This document shows positions 26,355-32,000 of a stretch of DNA of 32,000 nucleotides, in pieces. The notes beneath the pieces are model-generated. The model ran no database searches. It was not told where the DNA came from and saw only the letters and a list, made by a program, of their open reading frames with translations. Location: contig NC_000917.1 of NCBI RefSeq assembly GCF_000008665.1, positions 270,001 through 302,000 of the forward strand, given 5' to 3'. The number at the start of each line of letters is the position of its first letter. Position 1 is the first letter of the stretch. Source of the DNA: Archaeoglobus fulgidus DSM 4304. GTDB lineage: Archaea; Halobacteriota; Archaeoglobi; Archaeoglobales; Archaeoglobaceae. The position numbers were made by a program, and so were the translations under genes.

Positions 26355-27696
26355 CTAACCTCTCCCAAAATCGTCCTCGAACCTTTCTATGTCATCCTCC
26401 TCCAGATAATCTCCAATCTGCACCTCAATTATCTCAAGAGGGATTTTTCCGGGGTTCTCTATTCTGTGCAGAGAGCCGGCAGGGACAAAAGTGCTCTCTC
26501 TCTTCCTCAGCAGTATCTCTTTCCCATCAACAACAATCCTTGCAGTACCGTTCACGACAATCCAGTGCTCGCTTCTGTGATAGTGTCTCTGCAGGCTAAT
26601 TCTCTTGCCGGGTTTGACTGTAATTCGCTTAATCTTGTAGTTGTTCTCCTCCAGAACTGTGTAGCCCCCCATGGTCTGAAGGCGGTTCTGTGGATAATTG
26701 CCCTCTTGTCGTTTTTAGTTTTGAGGATGTTATAGACTTCTTTAACCTTCTCGGCGCTTCCCCTCTTTGCCACAAGCATTGCATCGTCAGTGTCTATTAT
26801 AAGAAGGTTCTCCACGTCAATGAGCGTGGTTAACCTCTCCGCAACCACCAAATTTCCCTTTGAGTTGACCGCAATAACTTCACTTCCAGCCACTGCATTA
26901 CTGCTCTCATCTTTATGCAGGTACTCATAAATAGCATCGAAACTGCCCATATCACTCCATTCTACATCAATTGGCACCACAGCTACTCTCTCCGATTTTT
27001 CTACAATGCCATAGTCAATCGAAATTTCCGGAACTTCAGCATATGCTCCCACACCTTTTTCGAAAATGCGCAGCATTTCCGGAGCGTGCCTTTTTAACTC
27101 CTCCTTAAAAAGAGTACTGTCAAAAAGAAACATGCCGCTGTTCCATAGGTAGCCCTCCTTTATGAGCCTCTGCCATCCTTAAATCTGGCTTCTCATGGAA
27201 ATCCTCTACCCTGAACGCGCCCTCAAGGTCATTACCCGGCTTGATGTACCCGTAACCAGAATGTGCTTTTGTCGGCCTAATGCCAAAGGTAACCAGAAAT
27301 CTATCGCTGAACTTTTCTGCAATTCTGAACGCTTTGATGCACTCCTCATTGACCTCTACGATATGGTCAGATGGCAGAACAGCGAAATTTCCGTCTCCTG
27401 CTTTCATCATGGCATAGCAGATTGCTGGTAATGTATTTTTGGCTTCTGGCTCAAGCAGTATGTTCTCTTCTGGAATTTTTACCCCCTAAATCGTCAAGAT
27501 CATCTGAAACTCTGAATCTGTACTCTTCGTTAGTAACCACGTATATATCACTTGCATCGGAAAATATCAAGGCTCTTCTGACAGTCTTCTGAAAAAGAGA
27601 TTCTCCAAATAATCGTTAAAACTGCTTGGGCATGGCTTCCCTGCTAAGCGGCCAGAGACGTGTCCCCTTCCCGCCTGCAAGTATTATGGTTTTCAT
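26355..27696 (-). pseudogene. manC: Mannose-1-phosphate guanylyltransferase / mannose-6-phosphate isomerase (ManC-like) with at least four lesions
   Basis: MKTIILAGGKGTRLWPLSREAMPKQF*RLFGESLFQKTVRRALIF.. (TAA at 27616..27618); frameshift at C5 tract 27482..27486; frameshift near 27155; frameshift at the G6 tract near 26670 before the cupin domain YTVLEENNYKIKRITVKPGKRISLQRHYHRSEHWIVV. Confidence 0.9.
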
Positions 27697-27780
27697 TGTA
27701 TCTGGTTTATTGTTCTGAACATAATTTTTTCTGATGTTGTATCTGAGTAAAAATGAAAAACCACCTTGTAAACTTATAAC

Positions 27781-28854
27781 GTGGAAGTTGTGTTCATTTA
27801 CGACGCAGTTTACCCTTGGGTAAAGGGCGGGGTTGAAAAAAGGATTTACGAGATAGGTAAAAGGCTCTCCCATTGGGGATTCAGAGTTAAATGGCTCTGT
27901 GCCGGGTGGTGGGGCAAAGAGCAGAGAAAATTAGAAGGGATTGAGCTGATACCCGTTTGCGGTCCCTTGAGGCTTTACTCGGGAGAGAGGAGAAGTATCA
28001 GCTCAGCTCTTTCATTTGCGTTGAGTCTGGCAAAGAACGCAAAAATCAATGCAGACGTTCTGGACTGCCAGGTTTTCCCATATCTTTCGGTTTTTCCCTT
28101 CTTCAGGAGAAGGAATTTGGTGCTCACGTGGCACGAGTATTGGGGGGACTACTGGAAGGAGTATCTGGGATATGCGGGATTATTTGGCAGGCAAATTGAG
28201 AGAATTGTTGCTTCACTCGACAGAAAGATGGTTGCGGTATCTGAAACAACCGCCCGAAACCTCCTGAATCTTGGTGTGAAAAATGTTGAGGTAATTCCCA
28301 ACGGAATCGACTTTGAATTTATAAGGAGGGTCGAAGCGTCTGAAGAATCACTGGATGTGGTTTTTGCAGGCAGGCTGATAAAGGAGAAAGGTGCTGATTT
28401 GCTAATCAAAGCGATGAAGCTCCTCCCTGATTACAGTTGCCTTATTGTAGGTGAGGGGCCGGAAAAAGCCAGTTTAATCAAGTCAGCTCCCGAAAATGTC
28501 AAGTTTGCTGGCTTTATGAACTATGGGTATCTGATAGCGACGCTGAAAAGCGCAAAGGTTTTTGTTCTTCCCTCCAGAAGAGAGGGTTTCGGAATTGCAG
28601 CCCTCGAAGCTAACGCCTGCGGTCTGCCTGTTGTTACTATAAACCACCCAATGAATGCTGTGGTGGAGATTGCGAGAGAAACCGGGTTCATAGCCTCACC
28701 TTCTCCCCAAGACATTGCCGAAAAAATTAAAATTGCGATGGAGTCAAGGAAAAAAATGAGGAGAAGATGTGTGGATTACGCCAGAAAGTTCGACTGGAGC
28801 GTTATAGCAAAAAAGATGGCTGATTTCTATGATAACTGTGGTTCTTCCGACTAA
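27781..28854 (+). CDS. GT4-family glycosyltransferase
   Basis: YDAVYPWVKGGVEKRIYEIGKRL, VFAGRLIKEKGADLLIKAM, VFVLPSRREGFGIAALEANACGLPVVTI. Confidence 0.93.
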   Translation: MEVVFIYDAVYPWVKGGVEKRIYEIGKRLSHWGFRVKWLCAGWWGKEQRKLEGIELIPVCGPLRLYSGERRSISSALSFALSLAKNAKINADVLDCQVFPYLSVFPFFRRRNLVLTWHEYWGDYWKEYLGYAGLFGRQIERIVASLDRKMVAVSETTARNLLNLGVKNVEVIPNGIDFEFIRRVEASEESLDVVFAGRLIKEKGADLLIKAMKLLPDYSCLIVGEGPEKASLIKSAPENVKFAGFMNYGYLIATLKSAKVFVLPSRREGFGIAALEANACGLPVVTINHPMNAVVEIARETGFIASPSPQDIAEKIKIAMESRKKMRRRCVDYARKFDWSVIAKKMADFYDNCGSSD

Positions 28855-29944
28855 AAACGAGGAGAAGGCGATTGAGGAAATAGTGAAAAAATGTTTGGTG
28901 GTTGGGGTTAAGGAGATAATCGTTGTAGATGACTCTACCGACTCAACGCCGGAAATTGCGGAAAAGCTTGGATGCAGGGTGATAAAGAACGTCAAAGGTT
29001 ACGGCAATGCCTACTTGGAGGGTTTAAAGCATGCAAGTGGTGATATCATTGTTCTGATGGATGCAGACGGAACCTACGACCCAGCTGAGATACCTAAACT
29101 TGTTGAGCCAATTTTAAGGGATGAGGCGGATGTTGTTATCGGCAGCAGGTTTAAAGGCAAAATAATGCCCGGCGCTATGCCCTGGCACCACAAATATTTG
29201 GGAAACCCCCTCCTCACAAAGCTAACAAACTTCCTGTTCGGGACGGGATTCAGCGATGTCCACAGCGGTTTTAGGGCAATAAAAAAAAGTTCACTCTCCC
29301 AACTCGACCTCAAATGTCCGGGAATGGAGTTTGCAACGGAATTTGTTCTCAAAACAACGATGAGCGGTTTGAGACTGCTGGAGGTTCCCGTAACATACTA
29401 CCCCCGGAAGGGAGATAGCAAGCTGAGGTCGTTCAGGGATGGTTGGAGGCATCTCAGGCTAATTCTCGCCACCTCTCCAGGCCATGTTTTTCTAATCCCA
29501 TCCATATTTCTGACTTTAATCGGCGTTGCAGTCATGACCTACGTCCTGACCTTTGAACCGATAAGGACACATACTCTGATTCTCGGAACACTTTTAACTC
29601 TCATTGGTATCCAGACCTTCTTTTTCGGCGTTTCGGGAAAGCTGTACTCAAGGCAGATTGGATTCAGGAGAGACGATAGAATAACGTCTTTTTTCAGCAG
29701 ATACTCGACCATCGAGGGGTTAATGCTTGCTGGGTTAGCAATTCTCGCACTCGGCTTTTATCTCGGTTACAGAATAGTTTCATTCTGGCTTGCTAAAGGA
29801 TTTGGGTCTTTGGACGAATTTAATGATGCAATTCTTTCCATGTTGCTCATTTTTTCAGGATTTCAGATAATCCTGAGTTCTCTTTTCCTCAGCATGTTTC
29901 TGCTGAACGAGAGCAATGGAGAAAAAGTAATATTGAAATCATAA
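28829..29944 (+). CDS. GT2-family, dolichyl-phosphate sugar synthase-like glycosyltransferase with C-terminal TM helices
   Basis: MITVVLPTKNEEKAIEEIVKKC, IIVLMDADGTYDPAEIPKLVEPI, VIGSRFKGKIMPGAMPWHHKYLGNPLLTKLTNFLFGTGFSDVHSGFRAI. Confidence 0.93.
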   Translation: MITVVLPTKNEEKAIEEIVKKCLVVGVKEIIVVDDSTDSTPEIAEKLGCRVIKNVKGYGNAYLEGLKHASGDIIVLMDADGTYDPAEIPKLVEPILRDEADVVIGSRFKGKIMPGAMPWHHKYLGNPLLTKLTNFLFGTGFSDVHSGFRAIKKSSLSQLDLKCPGMEFATEFVLKTTMSGLRLLEVPVTYYPRKGDSKLRSFRDGWRHLRLILATSPGHVFLIPSIFLTLIGVAVMTYVLTFEPIRTHTLILGTLLTLIGIQTFFFGVSGKLYSRQIGFRRDDRITSFFSRYSTIEGLMLAGLAILALGFYLGYRIVSFWLAKGFGSLDEFNDAILSMLLIFSGFQIILSSLFLSMFLLNESNGEKVILKS

Positions 29945-29954
29945 TACTGCCTTC

Positions 29955-31730
29955 ATGGACAGAAAGGTATTGATGCTGGCGGTTATACTCTTTGCCCTTG
30001 CGGTCAGATTTCAGAACTTCGGTGAGATTTTCGATTCGGGGATTTACTACACGGGTTACGACTCCTACTACCACATGAGGCTTGTGGAGGTAATGGTAAA
30101 GGAAAGTTTCCGCCCGGATTACGATTACTATATAAACTATCCCTTCGGGCTGAAAATAACCTGGCCCCCGCTCTTTGATTATATCCTTGCCTTCCCCGGC
30201 ATGCTCTTCGGTTTTCATTCGTCGGAAATCTTCGCCGTCTTCCTTCCCGTCATCCTTGGCGTTTTGTCTGTTGTGCTAATTTGCCTCACAGCCCTTCAGA
30301 TTGTAAACAATCAGACCTTTGCTTTAATCTCGGCCTTCATCTATGCCGCAGCACCGGTGGCAGTGTGGAAGACAGTTCTTGGGCAGGCCGACCATCACGC
30401 TTTGGTAATCTTTCTCTTTTTGCTATCAGCGTACCTTCTGCTTAAGGATGGTGTCTGGAAGATTCTAGCTGGACTTCCAATGCTTTTTATGGCTCTTGCC
30501 TGGCTCGGTTCACCGATATATGGAGCATTGCTGGCATTTTCAGCACTTGTTCACTTTGACAGAAAAGCGCTGAGACTTGTAGCAGCCTCATACCTTATTC
30601 CAGCAATCTCCTTCGTTCTGTATCCTCCAGTTGGTATATCATTTTTCGGACTTGCCGCCTTTCTTTTCGTTGGTAGTGTAGTAAAGGGTTACGAGGACAG
30701 ATTTAGAAACGCCACGATCTACTACATAGCATTATCGCTTGCCACCGTTCTTATTATCTACTTTATTCCCCTCCCACACTTCGAATTCGTGAAGGGAGGC
30801 ATCAACTACATCTTTGGGGCCAACATATACCTTCCAACCATAAGCGAGGCGAGGTCTCTACAAATTTTTGAAATCATATCAGCTTCAGGTTACATCTACT
30901 TCATTTTCGCTCTGATTTCGGTTTTGTTTTTTAGAAACAGGTTTGTACTCTCGATGTTCTTCCTGTCCTTCATTCTTGCTCTGATGCAGCTCAGGTTTAC
31001 GGAAGTTCTTGTGGTGCCGTCGGCACTGCTATCTGCCTACTTGGTTAGCTTAGTTCTCGAAAGGCTGGAATATCCTGTTTTCGAAAAGGCTGATGAGGAG
31101 GAAAAGAGTAGAAGGAGGAAAAGAAAGGACAGAAAAGTCAAGCAGAAAAATGCGGAGGTAGAGTGGAAGGATCATGCTGTTGTTGCAGCATTCCTCGTAA
31201 TCCTCGCCATACCGTGTATAGTCGTTGCCGTAGTCCCCTTCGACCTCACCGAAGACTGGAAAGAAGCTCTCGAATGGATGAGAACTTCGCTGGAAGAGCA
31301 GAACTACCTGAACCCCTACGAAAAGCCTGAGTATTCTGTAATGAGCTGGTGGGACTACGGTAACTGGATTCTCTACGTTTCAAAAAAGGCTGTGGTCTGC
31401 AACAACTTTCAGGCAGGGGCTGTTGATGCGGCTAAGTTCTTTACTGCAAAAAGCGAGGATGAAGCCATTAAAATTGCAAAGAAACGTGGTGTGAGGTACG
31501 TTGTTACCGCCGATGAGATTACGATGAAGGACGCTAACAACACTAAGTTCCCCGCAATCATGCGGATCGCTGGCTACAATGTGGATTTGATGACTGAAGG
31601 TGAAATCCTTAACTTCTTCAACCATACCGTGCTTTACAGGCTCCACATGGAGAACGCCGAAAACCTGACCCACTTCAGGCTGGTAAAGGAATTCGGCGAT
31701 GTTAAGATTTTTGAGGTTGTGGGTAGCTAA
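29955..31730 (+). CDS. aglB: AglB/STT3-family archaeal oligosaccharyltransferase (short form)
   Basis: [37 protein letters not shown], catalytic [23 protein letters not shown]; multi-TM. Confidence 0.93.
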   Translation: MDRKVLMLAVILFALAVRFQNFGEIFDSGIYYTGYDSYYHMRLVEVMVKESFRPDYDYYINYPFGLKITWPPLFDYILAFPGMLFGFHSSEIFAVFLPVILGVLSVVLICLTALQIVNNQTFALISAFIYAAAPVAVWKTVLGQADHHALVIFLFLLSAYLLLKDGVWKILAGLPMLFMALAWLGSPIYGALLAFSALVHFDRKALRLVAASYLIPAISFVLYPPVGISFFGLAAFLFVGSVVKGYEDRFRNATIYYIALSLATVLIIYFIPLPHFEFVKGGINYIFGANIYLPTISEARSLQIFEIISASGYIYFIFALISVLFFRNRFVLSMFFLSFILALMQLRFTEVLVVPSALLSAYLVSLVLERLEYPVFEKADEEEKSRRRKRKDRKVKQKNAEVEWKDHAVVAAFLVILAIPCIVVAVVPFDLTEDWKEALEWMRTSLEEQNYLNPYEKPEYSVMSWWDYGNWILYVSKKAVVCNNFQAGAVDAAKFFTAKSEDEAIKIAKKRGVRYVVTADEITMKDANNTKFPAIMRIAGYNVDLMTEGEILNFFNHTVLYRLHMENAENLTHFRLVKEFGDVKIFEVVGS

Positions 31731-32000
31731 TACCTGATTTTCGATGCACACTCCCTGCAGAAGCTAACCGGCTTTCTGTCAACATCCTGAACTGAGTTTG
31801 AAAACCGCATAACGCAGTTGTTACTGCAGTGCTTCAAACCAAGAACGTGGCCGATCTCGTGCACAGCCTCCTTGACAACCCTCTCCCTGTAAAGCTCGCT
31901 GTCCGCTGTTGTGAGGCGGAAAACTGATAGCACGGCCCTCGCCCCTCCGAGTTCTGCCTCGCCAAAAACGAAGTTCATTCCTTTGGCGTAGATATCCTTA
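31727..32000 (-). CDS. amzA: Archaemetzincin-like zinc metalloprotease (C-terminal part; start outside window)
   Basis: [45 protein letters not shown] = HExxHxxGxxHC plus Cys pairs. Confidence 0.9.
   Translation of the reverse strand, partial: KDIYAKGMNFVFGEAELGGARAVLSVFRLTTADSELYRERVVKEAVHEIGHVLGLKHCSNNCVMRFSNSVQDVDRKPVSFCRECASKIRY

Noticed and set aside
26289-26735. 148-aa plus-strand ORF
   Set aside because: Antisense to the ManC cupin domain region; it contains the reverse complement of clearly coding sequence.
1-32000. tRNA or rRNA genes
   Set aside because: No tRNA-like cloverleaf with conserved T-loop (GTTCRA) context or rRNA core sequence was recognised by eye; not exhaustively testable without a covariance model.

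Overview
This looks like an archaeal chromosome segment, most consistent with Archaeoglobus. It is an accessory island combining surface-glycan/protein-glycosylation genes, toxin-antitoxin (TA) modules and insertion sequences. Left part (1-5.3 kb): the end of a putative DHH phosphoesterase, PIN-domain TA pairs, a HEPN/MNT pair, a decayed DUF2281/PIN pair, and scattered remnants of one sulfotransferase C-terminal module. Middle (5.4-17.3 kb): a C-terminally short UDP-sugar dehydrogenase, a membrane protein, sulfotransferases, methyltransferases and a large multidomain glycosyltransferase. Two intact IS elements here split genes. A 1214-bp ISA1214-like element (8688..9901, 10-bp TSD) splits a sulfotransferase gene, and a ~960-bp IS481/ISA0963-like element (about 11354..12316, 15-18-bp TSD) splits a methyltransferase gene. 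In both cases precise excision would restore the reading frame. 17.4-21.0 kb: a tandem same-strand array of five AF2212-like/PIN (VapBC-type) cassettes. The toxin C-terminus, the linker/promoter and the antitoxin N-terminus are strongly conserved, while the antitoxin C-terminus and toxin N-terminus vary. This mosaic array is the best candidate for something undescribed. Right part (21-32 kb): two GT2 glycosyltransferases, dTDP-rhamnose genes (rfbC, rfbD, rfbB, rfbA), a manC-like pseudogene with several lesions, GT4, GT2, an AglB/STT3 oligosaccharyltransferase and a partial archaemetzincin. No databases were searched; family names come from recognised motifs.
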